From the NCBI RefSeq assembly GCF_011745625.1, contig NW_027191465.1:496001-560000 (forward strand): a DNA stretch of 64,000 nucleotides, given 5' to 3'. Both the position numbers and the translations under genes were made by a program. Below, piece by piece: positions 1 through 10,818 of the stretch (position 1 is its first letter; every line of letters begins with the position of its first letter). The notes beneath the pieces were generated by a model. That model had not been told where the DNA came from. It saw nothing but the letters and a program-made list of their open reading frames with translations, and ran no database searches. The DNA is from Cladosporium halotolerans. Its lineage: Eukaryota.

Positions 1-129
1 TAGCCGGTAGCAGAGGATTTTATATCAGACAGTTCCGAATGTCAAGCGCCGAAACCATATGAACACTCATCACAGCTTCAATTATATTCCAGCATCGAGT
101 GGAAACTCATCAGTTTGTGGCGTGTCGCC

Positions 130-3100
130 ATGAAGAACTCCACCGCAGTGGCCTTGAGCCTCTGCCTATGTTTCAACATCGCCAACGCCCGCATCCCGCA
201 TTCGTACCGACAGCTGCAGGAAAGAAACGATGAGGTCACATCTCATGAGAGCTTCTTAGCCTGGGCCAGTCGGCTTTTCAAGAGGCAAAACGAAGCACAG
301 GGTACAAGTCAGGACGTTTGCCTCCAAGATGAATACTATGTCTTCGTAACGAACAGCTCCTTCGGTGAAAACTTTTGCGAACTTCTCGGGATCGACTACC
401 CCAACCGCACAGTCGTCGTTGATTATACACCTGTGGTGTAGGTATTGGTTTACCTAGCCGCCTTGAAAAACATCTGACATGCCCTAGTACGATGACCGAT
501 TTGAGAACTGTCGTCGAGACAGAGACGGACCTTGTGCGCACAACACCGGTCACTGTCGTCACGACTACCGTCACCCCGGAAGGAATAGAAGAGCGCGACG
601 CCCGGATCACTCCAATGCCTCGCAACGCATGGTTCATGGCAAAGAGTGATTATATCAATCTGTTCCGCAGGCAGGCGGAAAATTCGACAGCTCTACCCGA
701 GGATGACAACGAGATCGCGTTATCATTAAGCAGCGCATGCTCGTGTCAAGGCTACGTCGAGACCACAATCACTGAAACATACACCAACTTGCCCAACGTA
801 AGTCTTCCACTAATATCGCTGATCTCGAGGGATGCCATACTAATTCAACCAAGTTCGTCACGCTTTTTGGTTTCGTTCAAACGACAACTACTGTGTTCAG
901 TACACGCGTCGAGCGTGAAATCACGTCCACTGTTACCGTCACAGCTTCTCCGATAACCGCACAGCCTCCATCTGCAACTGGTAATGGCCTAAGCTCGTCA
1001 TATGTGAACGCCAATTCTTCCGTCATCAAGCCGTCAAGCGCCAGTCAGGGGCTTCCTGTAACTGAAGGGCTCCCCGGTTACAGCAGCTTTTTCGTCCAAA
1101 CTACCGGAGTACCTCAAGGGACGCCAAGCCTGGATCTACCCACTTCAACTAATGGTACCACGCCCTCCGGCCCGGATCCGACTGCGCCACCATTCACTTG
1201 TCCTGAAGACGATGCCGAAATGATCAGTCAAATGCTTGGTAACGAGCGATTTGATTATGACGTCTTTTGCGACACTGACTTGCCAGATGCGCCTGAACTC
1301 TCTCCCGAGCTCAAGCTGACATACGACACATTTGCGGAGTGCGTCGCCTCTTGCTCCTATGCGAACGCCCAATTTGATCAACCGGTATGCCAAGGTGTTT
1401 CTTACTTTGGAAGGAGTTCAGAGGACGGAAACTGCTTTTTGAAGTCTGCTGCGAACGAAAGCGAGAGCGTGACAACCGACGGCGTTGCCGTTGCCATACT
1501 GCGAAGCATTGCTGTCGGCCATGATAACGGAAATGGCACCACCACTGAACTAGTGTCATTCAGCACTGAGACGCCAACTATGGACCCGGCGGAGATGGGG
1601 TCGATGATCGCTTCCACGATGGGCAGCAGCGTGTCAACTATGCCCATCATAACACCGCCTCCAGGCCCCATACTCAGTGGTCGTCCAGCGCTCAACGGCG
1701 TCACCGCGTATTCAACGTACGTTGCGAACGGAACCACCTTCTCGACCGGCTCAGCCTTTTCTACAAATGTGTCTAGCAATGGGGGCTGGTATTATACCTA
1801 CTACTCCTCTTTCTCTCTCGCATGGGTCAACTCAGCTACGGTTTATGCAGTTGGTGAGACGGCGGTACCCATCGCGTACAATAGCTCTGGAGTCACTGAG
1901 CAGCACGACGGCGCAGATGGTCAGTATAGTGTCCTAAGCTTCAGCAATTACACCGAGATATCGTATGAGCCGGATCAGACAGTCTACAAAACGACCGAGC
2001 TGATTGGAAATGACACTTTTGCGGCAAATGGTACAGAGCTCTTTGCAACCACCACCACGAACTACTACACCTACACCGAGGCCTCTAACAACGGCGTTTC
2101 TGGTGGAGCTGGTAGTGGCGATGCACGCAATCTCACTTCGACATCAATCTCATCGTTCTCAACGCAGACTGTCATCATCAGTTCGGGGAACATACAAGGC
2201 GCCACTGGCAACCAAGCATCCGGCGTCTTTGCGACCCCAGGACCAACGGCCGCAACTACATCAGCATTCAGCACTCAAAGTATCATCCTCAACTCGGGAG
2301 CAATCTCAGGTGGAGAAGGAGCCGAGGCCAGCGGAGCCGCCGGTTTTACGGGACCTGCTGGCCCGCTTACATCAACCAGTACCATCAGAACCCAAACAGT
2401 CATTCTCAATTCTGGGGCAGCCTCAGGTGCTGTGAGTGGCGTAGGCAGCGGACTTTTTGGCTCAACGGGACCTGCAGGGACTACTACGTCAATCAGTTCT
2501 TTCAGCACCCAAACAGTCATAATCAGCTCCGGGGGCTCTCAAGGTGTCGTAGGTGGTGTGGCTAGTGGAGCAGGTGGTTCAACTTTCCCGGAAGGCAGCT
2601 CAGTCTCTGTCAGCACGCAGGCCATTCCAATTTCAATTGGCGTTTCTAGCAACGGCGTTTCAGGCGCCACAGGGTTGGCAGGGTCTGGCGTCGTCTCGTC
2701 CACAGCCGTACCCGGAGCCCCTCCTTCGGTCACGGATACTCTCGTTGACATTTCCACCGTGCTCACATCTGGAGGCACAGGAGGTGTTTTCAGTACTGCC
2801 GCCTCCGGTGCGAACTCGGACGGCGAGACATCCGGGGCGACAAGTACAGCTGCTTCCGGGGCCACCACGCCCTCTCCGACTGGAACATTTACCAACTCCC
2901 GAGATCTGAGGAATCGTACTGAATCTGGCAGTACGACGTTGTCGCTGCCTACGTCCATTCAATCTGTTCCGACCGTTCCGAGCCTCAATCAGACAACTTC
3001 TCTCGCAACTGGGATCAGTAGCGACGACTTCAGTAATTCGAACAAGCCGCGGACAGGCACAGTGACTACGAGCTTCCCTTCTGGTACGAATCCACTGTCA

Positions 3101-3655
3101 TCTCCGCCGCTCAGCACAGAGTCGCCTTCCAACGTTACTGTCACAGTTGCCACAGGGACGGTTCCCCTCAACCTTACCGTTTCGGAGTTAAGTAGCGCGG
3201 ACACAGCTAGCTTCAGTAACAGGCCACGCTCCGGTACGTTCAGTACGACCGCCACCAGGCCTCAGTTTGTACCCTTCGTTCAGACTCTGGCGCCGCCTGT
3301 CGAGCCTTCAAGCACTGGTGGCAATACATCTTTCGCTACCAGTGGCCAAACTATACCATTGTCTACAAGTCCGCCCTTGAACGTGACATCTCCGCCTTTC
3401 CCGACTGCGCCTCCGGCAACCTCTTGTCTATCTTACAACGTCAGCACCACTACCCTATGGATGACAACTACCCTCCTTGGCTGTTTCGAGCAGTGTCCTC
3501 CGGGTGGCAATGGTGTCTATGGCTTCAAAAGTGACGGATACGGGAGCGGGCCTCAATCTTTTGGCCCTCCTGTCGGAATCTTTGCCCCATCGCTTGCTGG
3601 CAACCCAACACCGGAACCCACACCTACGTCTCCTTCCTCGACGACGGAGAGATAG
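130..3655 (+). CDS. Secreted Ser/Thr/Gly-rich cell-surface protein with PAN/Apple-like Cys domain and internal repeats; exons 130-437, 488-797, 854-3655
   Basis: ATG at 130 starts a signal peptide (MKNSTAVALSLCLCFNIANA). Introns 438-487 (GTAGGT..CTGAC..TAG) and 798-853 (GTAAGT..CTAAT..AAG) join three ORFs in frame. Cys pattern C..FCDTD..FAECVASC..CQGVSY..CFLKS is typical of fungal PAN/Apple domains. Confidence 0.8.
2130..2830 (+). repeat. 5-6 degenerate ~37-39 aa coding tandem repeats (consensus approx. TTSxSxFSTQTVIIxSGxxxGxxGxxASGxxGxTGP)
   Basis: TQ anchor codons at 2162, 2273, 2390, 2507 and 2615 (period 108-117 nt), plus a weaker sixth unit near 2750. Confidence 0.8.
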
Positions 3656-4435
3656 AGAAATGGCATCTCTCTACGAAGTAACGACTGAGACGTGTTTGCA
3701 TTCATGATTCGTTGATTACAAGGCGGGCGGCAGACTGTGAGGGACGAATGTTCATGCGTGTCCATGATTCTAGGCTTTTACCGGCGTTCATAGATTCTGC
3801 CTAAATCTTAATATGACTTCCAATCCGATTGAGACTCCCACCTGCCAATTTTGGTGCTTGATGATTCTGGAATTTGCCGCTCGCGAGGTCGCTTGAGGGT
3901 CGATTATCGTTTTCGAAGTAGTAACCATTAACGTCACATAGCTCAGTGATCAATAACAGACGTTTCGTAATCGCTCACTTCAAATCCTGCTCGGCGTTTG
4001 AAACGCTGGGTCTGTTTAGCTCAAGTGAAAGTGGGTGTCGTGGTCGAAGCCCACCTCTGAGCTGTGTTCTTTGGCGCCGGCTTGCAAGCCATCCGACAGC
4101 GGATTGGCTGGCTTCACGACTTCAAGCCTCGCTACTGAGCGCGCCGCAATGATGGAATGACGAGTATGTGACAATGAGATAATTCCATAAGTCTGTTATC
4201 TGGAACCAACATTACCTGAAACCGGAAGAGCGACCCGAAACACGCCAGCACAAACGCCCCAAATGTCGCACCTGTCAAAAAAGAAACAAGCATTCTGAGG
4301 TGGTCCCACTTCGACCGACCTGTGATCGAAACGACTGCCGCTAGTCCAGAGCGACTGGACATCATTCAACCTTTCCAAGCATTCCAGAGGGTGCCCGTCA
4401 AGCAGCTGCAGCAGCTCAAGCCATCTCCTCGTCGC

Positions 4436-4780
4436 TCAACGACGAGCCCCAAAAGCCCTCGAGCGATCGGCCTTCTCGGCCTTGAGCTGGCCAATCTCGT
4501 TCTCGAGAGACTTGATGTCGCCGAGAGCCTTCTCAATCGAAGCGCTGTAGCGGCGTGGTTCCCGGCGCCAGCGGTTGTAGTCGTCGATGTGCTTCGCCTT
4601 GCGGCGTTCCTTGGCATCGATCTTGAGGCACAGCTTGCACTTCTCCTGGAGGCCGAAGGTTTGGAAAACGAACTTGGAGCCGCAGGTCTCGCCTGTGCGG
4701 TATTCGGCTTGGCAGTGCTGACGGAAGTTGCCCCACTTCCAGTCGCTGCACTGGTAGAGGAACTGCTCGTAGAAGCACAT
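4436..4780 (-). CDS. Small (114 aa) Cys-rich, basic hypothetical protein; putative Zn-binding N-terminus plus C-terminal coiled coil
   Basis: ATG-started ORF with strong C/G-ending codon bias. Six Cys (MC, QC, HC, TC, CKLC). Upstream TATAAA and a 5' UTR intron are present. Confidence 0.8.
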   Translation of the reverse strand: MCFYEQFLYQCSDWKWGNFRQHCQAEYRTGETCGSKFVFQTFGLQEKCKLCLKIDAKERRKAKHIDDYNRWRREPRRYSASIEKALGDIKSLENEIGQLKAEKADRSRAFGARR

Positions 4781-4914
4781 GGTTGCTGGTGGCGTCTGGG
4801 CGGTCTGTATCAGCTAGTGACCTAGTGACTATCGTGTGGGTTTGGAAGGTCTTCGTACTGGTGATGTGGGGGTGGGCTAATGGTGTGGAGCGAAATCGAT
4901 TGGAATGTGAGGTC

Positions 4915-5049
4915 CTGTTGAAATAGGGTTTAGTCAATGGCATTGAACGATGGACGTCGGGCATTGCGGCGTTGGATAAGGTTTGTTTTGACTGGGGGGT
5001 GTTGTGATCATAGTTGTGTTTGAGGAGTGATGGGATAAGGGAAGCATAC
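4915..5049 (-). other. Predicted 5' UTR intron of the 114-aa gene
   Basis: Minus-strand donor GTATGC at 5049, branch TGACTAA near 4930-4936, acceptor AACAG ending at 4915. Removing it deletes all four upstream ATGs in the leader. Confidence 0.6.
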
Positions 5050-5175
5050 GAGGAAAGGATGTGACGATTGGTCTCTTTGGTCAGAGTTCGTTTGCTTTGA
5101 GCTCGAGCTGCTTCTGAAGTGGATGCTGCTGATGATGAGAGAAAGGAAGACGGTTCCTCCTCGATATCCACCCCA

Positions 5176-5182
5176 TATTTAT
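5176..5182 (-). promoter_or_regulatory. TATA box (TATAAAT) of the 114-aa gene
   Basis: Plus-strand ATTTATA, followed on the minus strand by a pyrimidine-rich initiation-like region. Confidence 0.5.
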
Positions 5183-7917
5183 ACCCTCTCCATTGACTCT
5201 CGATGTTCATGCCAACGCATCGTCGACCCTCAACTCCATTCCGCTCACGCATCGGCCGGGTCCTCCGTCCCTGCCGTTGAGCGATGCCTCGCTTGCATCG
5301 AGCCAACAGGACGCGGCGGAGACGACGGTACCCTCCGTTTTGAGCTAGAGTACCATCTACCGCAGATGCAATGCCACCCGAGCGTCGTCGGCCATGCCTA
5401 GCCTGCACCTTCAATATTGATCCTGGCAGGATCATCGTCGTCGTGGCTGCGTCTCCGCCTATTCTTGCTAGCTCGGAGCATGTGTGCTGATGTACGTGTC
5501 TCCTCTCTTCACTCCACCGGGCCAATTTAGCTTCCAGGCTTGAGTTCGGTGGTGTACCGGTGGTGGAGGTATATCGTGGTAGAGGTGAAGTGAAGCTCAA
5601 GTCACGTGCCGTCCCGGTGCTGCGTATGCACGGGTCATGTATCTTGCTCAAAGCAGTGTATGCTATTGGGCATCCCGGAGGCTCGTTCTGTGCCTCAAGA
5701 TATTGTTAGAGAGCCATTGACACCAACGGCTTCGGCCAATCAGCAGCAATGGCCCTCGATGACGGGAGCCGTTGGCCTGAGGCAGGCGGCCTCATGTGAC
5801 GGCACGTTGCCGTTTCAATCTCGACCAGTGTTAGATAACACTTACGCGAGGCCGCGGCGAGATGCGTCCGACTTTCCCGCAGAAATTGATGCGAGTCGCG
5901 TATAGTTTCGATCGTTGCCTCATCGATATGGCCGAGGAATGCAGAGTTACTCCCGAGTCCACGGCAGGGATGGACACGGCCGGAGCATCCTTGCCATGAG
6001 CTGATGACACTATCGCGATGTACAGCGTGGTTGACGTTGCCCGCCAGTAATCGTGTTCGATGAGATGCATTAGCAGGCATGTCAGACCACCAGGAGGGTC
6101 GAGAGGGTATGCTCGTGCAGACGGGACGCGTGGGATTGCCCGCCCTTGATGCTCATGTGACCGTCTCCCGCCTCTTCGCTACTGCAGCACGCCGTGGAAG
6201 GGTCGAATCGACCACTGGTTTGCCCGCATGGCATGCAAGAGTGGTTAGGTTGGACGGGGATACGAACGGGCCCTAGGGAGGGACGCAGCCTGGGCAAGCC
6301 TCTTGCGGCAGGATGCTACTCGTCTCGATAGCATGACTGCGCTAGATTCGACCAGGCTTTCTCCGCTCTGTGACGTGGCAGACGTAGTATGGTGGGTTGG
6401 GAAAAGCCTAATTGTGCGTTGAAATGAGAGAGGGTCAGCACCGCGGCCCTCGAAGTATGAGTACATACCGAAAAGTCCACCTTAGCTCCAAGGCTTTGCC
6501 AATGACGCCTTCTGCTCACCGGTCTCTCATTGAGCCTTACTATTTGGCTCTGAGCAGCTTCTGGAAGGTTTCATAACGTTTGGAGGAGCTTGGTTGTCAA
6601 ACAATGAGTCGCGGCAAACGGCTTCGCAACAAAACAACATATATGCATGGTACTTTGCCCTAGCGACCCAGACAGGTTTGAGATCGGCCGCCCTAGGCAA
6701 ACCAGCTGCATCCCTCGGCCATTTCGAAGGCAAACACCGCAAGAATTGGGCATTGAGACTGGCCCGCCTAAATTGCGGTGCATATCTGGTTTCAAGGAGG
6801 CTGGGAGGTTCGTGCACTGACGTCTGCACGAGCGCAGCATCAGCAGGCGCGGTGGCTGCGATTAGTCGCCTGGAGCGTCATGGCTGCGCATCAAAGGCCG
6901 CTGACCACGATGGCATGACATTAGCACCTGAGATAGGCAGTTGGGAGCGCCGGACGGTGTCTCTGCGTTCCGTGGTGGCCGTAATGTGCCCATGGAGTAG
7001 AGAATCTCGTTTCAGCTGACGTCGAAATTTACCTTCTGCAAGTGCGTGGCCAGCACCAAAGCTCGGTCATGTGAATGTAAGGCGACGCTGGGGCACAAGC
7101 GACGGAGCAAGGGCCGCCCGTTCACACATCGACCGCTCGTCTGCTGAGAGCGAAGAGCTGCGAGGCGGCGGAGCCACATTCGGGGGGGCTCATTGGTGCG
7201 CTGGCATGGGCGTCTGCAGCCGAAGAAGCCTAGTCTCATGGAAGGCGGAGCTCAATAATTGGTGCGGCGAGCCTGCCTGTGCAGGTACAGGGCTTGCACG
7301 TGTAAACGCAGTAGCCGACTAGCCGTACATGTGTATTTTGCAGTGTTCCAGAACGACGGGTACGCTTGTAGAATGAGATTCTTGAGAAAAGTTGCGGGCA
7401 AGGGACGGCTAGACCGCCAGTTGGCCTGCCTTGCCCTCCGTAGTATCCGCAGATGTGTTGTTCCTTGGCAGGCTAGAATTCAAAAGGCTCAAACTGTCGT
7501 TTCTAGCAGCAAGGCTACTACGCAGTGGATTCCGATAGCCGGTGTACCTGTGGTGGACTGGTGGGTGTGGCTCGCCTTAGGCCATCTTGCCTCAAACTAA
7601 TGCACACAACAGCGGGAAAAGGGTTGGCACTTTGATTTTGCACAGAGGCCTGGCGGCTCCCGTCATTAACTGGCTAATCACTTCGTAGAGTCCTTGTGTT
7701 GAAACTGTGTTGAGACACGGCGCCTCGAGCGCGTCGATGAGAAGACGTCCTGCACAAGTGTCCATGCTCCCAGCTGGTGTGAAACTCTCGCGATGCCGGC
7801 GCTTGCGCCAGGAGCCGAAGCTGGTGACGTTACATTCCACGCTGGAGCTCTCGCGGTCCACTTCACGCCACGATCTTCCTAAGGATTCCCTTGACGTTCA
7901 GAAGAACTAAGACCATA

Positions 7918-8680
7918 ATGTCGGGTCCGTCGGTGTCGAGGCTTTTATCTATGCCGGTGGAGCTTCTGCTCCGTATTCTTTGCTTTGTGGACGTGCCAGA
8001 ACTGCTGGCGACCTCCCGAGTAGGCAGGCAACGATTGCGTGATAACCACGCTGTGCTAACGAAACACCTAATAGACATGCCGTCGTCTTCGCAATCTGTC
8101 ACTGGACCCCCTTCTGCATCATTTACGGCTTAGAAATGCCCACGAGCGTATGGAATACTTGTTGCTCCGCAGGCCAAATCTGCAGGCGCTCTCACCGCCT
8201 GCGGCCGGAATTTACCTGACACGAACACACCAGGCTGCTCGCCGTCTGCACTGGTCACTCGTTAGCATCCGGCTAAACCGTTCGCTCCAAGGGCGACCCA
8301 ATATCTCCACACTGCTGTCTGCGAACATCTTACCGAAGGAATGCTGTAGGATCGATCGACGCTCAGGTGATATCGTGTGGGGCGTAGGTGTAGCCGGACC
8401 GCTGGTCGAGCGCAAGCGTCGCTTAGAGCGAGAAAGCCTGAAAGAAGGTTTGAGGGCTCGGTTAGAACGCAAAGCCTTCGAAATCAAGGAGAGGCGGAGA
8501 GAGACTACCGGTGTTGGCATCCTCATCTGGCGATTCAGTAGACGCCTGCGACTAAGTGGTGTCACTGAAAGGCGCGAACAGCATCCTCGTGAAGAATGGC
8601 CAAACAGAGGAAAGGTCAATGGCCTGAGAAGATTCTGGGAGGGACTCGGGGGCGTAGGTCCTGTTGTTGCCGATGAATGA
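7918..8680 (+). CDS. F-box protein with RPEL-like motifs; exons 7918-8019, 8075-8680
   Basis: F-box LLSMPVELLLRILCFVDVPELLATSR|TCRRLRNL is restored by intron 8020-8074 (GTAGGC..GCTAAC..TAG). RLNRSLQGRPNISTLLSANILP resembles the RPEL consensus. Confidence 0.8.
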
Positions 8681-9111
8681 TACATTCTGCTTCGTAACAT
8701 TCATGAAATTGATGAAACTGTTATGCATCAAAACGAGGTCTACTGCACACTTGACCATCGTACAGATAAGCATCAGGGTAACTTTCACACCTCAAATTTG
8801 TAGCGAAGCCTGAGGGATAACGCTGAGGAAGTCGCGCCAAGACAAGCTTACTTGAACGTCACCTCTTACCGCAAGCCCAGATATGCGAGCGCCTGAAGTG
8901 TAATAGCTTTAGATTGTAGAGCAGTAGTCCGCGAGACTAATGTAACGCTCTAGTATACATGTCTTGAATGGCTGCATTGTAATCGCGCCCTCTGGCCTCT
9001 TGCCAATCCTAAACTCCTAATCCATGAAAACGCCGGTTCGCCAACTTGTGTCGCCGCCCATTCATCTCATCGTAAATCATCTCGCCACGCAAGCGGCACT
9101 CAACCACAACT

Positions 9112-10021
9112 TCAAGCCAAGTCGTTAGCCCTTGCTGGGCCTGAGGCTGAGGCAACGCCATTGCTCTCGCCAGGCTTCTTGCCCTTGCCCTGGCCGCCGG
9201 TGCTTGCGGCTCCATCCTCGTCGTACAGATTGTTGGCCTCGATATACTGAACAACGGGCTCCGGGACCAGGTAACGGATGGACATGTCTCTGCGGCGGAA
9301 AAGGCGGATTTTGGTGGATGAAATGTCGTTCTGCACAAGCTGCTGAATAACCCAGATATTGTCCTTCCACGGCTGAAGTGTGGAGAGGGCTTCGTCGATG
9401 TCTGTGCCCATGCGCTAATCAAGATGTTAGTGATTGAGCTTCGGTATACTGGAATGGACCAAGACATACCTCAACGATAAACGCTCCGAAGTTCCTCAAG
9501 ATGTAATCGATATCCTTCGGCGCCCATACACCCGGTGTGCTCATTGTCTGGATAAGATCGGCGCCAGCCAACAGCGCAATCCTGCACTTCTTCCTGCCAT
9601 TCGGCGTCTCGACGCCATCCAATACACCGTTGATCTCATGCTCAAAGTGGTCTAGCACCTTAGCCGTCTCCAAATATTCGCCGTGAAGTGCCTCCCAGGG
9701 ATCCACAGAGATCCAGCTACTCTGGCTGACTGCAGACGAACACATGTTTATCCTATGCTCGGCCTTCACCAGGCCGGTCTTTTTGTACGCGTCGCCGACG
9801 CAGGAGAGATAAGCACCAACCACCTCGAAGTTGGAGTTGAAACGAGCGTAATCGGCTGCCATCTCGAACATGCGCAAGTGGAGGAATGTGATCGGGGAGA
9901 AGGAGCCGCAGGCAATCAGGACCAGAGGGGTGCGCTCGCTGTCTTCGATTCTGCGACGCAGGCGGCTGGTCGGGAACTTGTACTCGTCCATAGTCATATC
10001 GCCGCGAACGTCGTCGGACAT
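9112..10021 (-). CDS. NMA1: Nicotinamide/nicotinate mononucleotide adenylyltransferase (NMNAT); exons 10021-9470, 9414-9112
   Basis: Motifs ACGSFSPITFLHLRMFE, WISVDPWE, LAGADLIQTM and NDISSTKIRL. Intron 9415-9469 (GTATGT..CTAAC..TAG). Confidence 0.95.
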
Positions 10022-10699
10022 CGTTGTGATTTGTGGTCGGGGTTTCGGAGGGGGGTTCAACGGGAGGAGATTGTGAAGGACCGGCTTGTCGGAGTATCGA
10101 GATTTCTGGATAACAGAACCCGCGTGTGATGTCGCCAGCCAAGGCAGACAGGTCGCGAACGGTGGCCTGGGAGGAACCGAGGTGCGCAAGGGCTGTGCAA
10201 GGCGTGCGACAGCGAGCGCCGGTGTCGGGCGGAAAGGCAGTGTGGCGACAGTGAAGTGTTGTGCTGGGTTGGTCAGGACCGTGCTGTTCGGAGTCAATTG
10301 CAGAAGGTGTTGATGTCGCAAGACCACGATATGTAATAGCTGATCCGGTATTACAAACAAGCCTTCCTGCAGGTCGCGGACGGATGTTGCTTTTGGGACC
10401 AAGCGGAGTCAGGGACGGGTAGGTTTGCGTTTGCAGTGTTGAATCCGCCGGCGCGGCGCGGGGTGGCCGGCAGTGGTCGAGACAAGGAAGCCGATCACGT
10501 GCCGTGCTCAAAGAGCCATTATGGTGCTCTCCGTTCAATGAAGTCCCTCTCAGACAGCGATATACCACCTTTTGTTCGCTGCAACACAGACATCAACTGC
10601 CAGTTTTTCTGTACATTCATTGTTACGCATGATGATCTCTACCCGTTTATGCACGTATGCTCTAGCCGCCGCAAGTGCAGAGCCCCGCCTTTCGCGGTT

Positions 10700-10707
10700 T
10701 TACGTCA
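10700..10707. promoter_or_regulatory. CRE/ATF-type site TTACGTCA in the NMNAT/GLO1 divergent promoter
   Basis: Exact match to the Atf1/Sko1-type element TGACGTAA, about 110 bp upstream of the GLO1 ATG. Function is inferred. Confidence 0.4.
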
Positions 10708-10818
10708 TGGATGAGCTCCGGGCGTATGGCTACGGATGGCCTGTGTGAGGCATGGGAATCGCAGGACCCAAAAAAGCCCAATGCCACCTGATATCACTTT
10801 GCACACAGAAATCTCCAT

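Noticed and set aside
3930..4008. tRNA-like A box (TAGCTCAGTGA, 3939) and B-box-like CTTCAAATCC (3988) at tRNA spacing
   Set aside because: No D-stem, anticodon-stem or T-stem pairing, and the B box lacks its invariant G. At most a decayed relic; tRNAscan-SE would settle it.
4930..4936. TGACTAA as a Yap1 response element
   Set aside because: Better explained as the branch point of the 5' UTR intron.
4533..5651. 372-aa minus-strand ORF
   Set aside because: Non-ATG start and no domain-like content. It runs through the TATA box and UTR intron and overlaps the real 114-aa gene in another frame.
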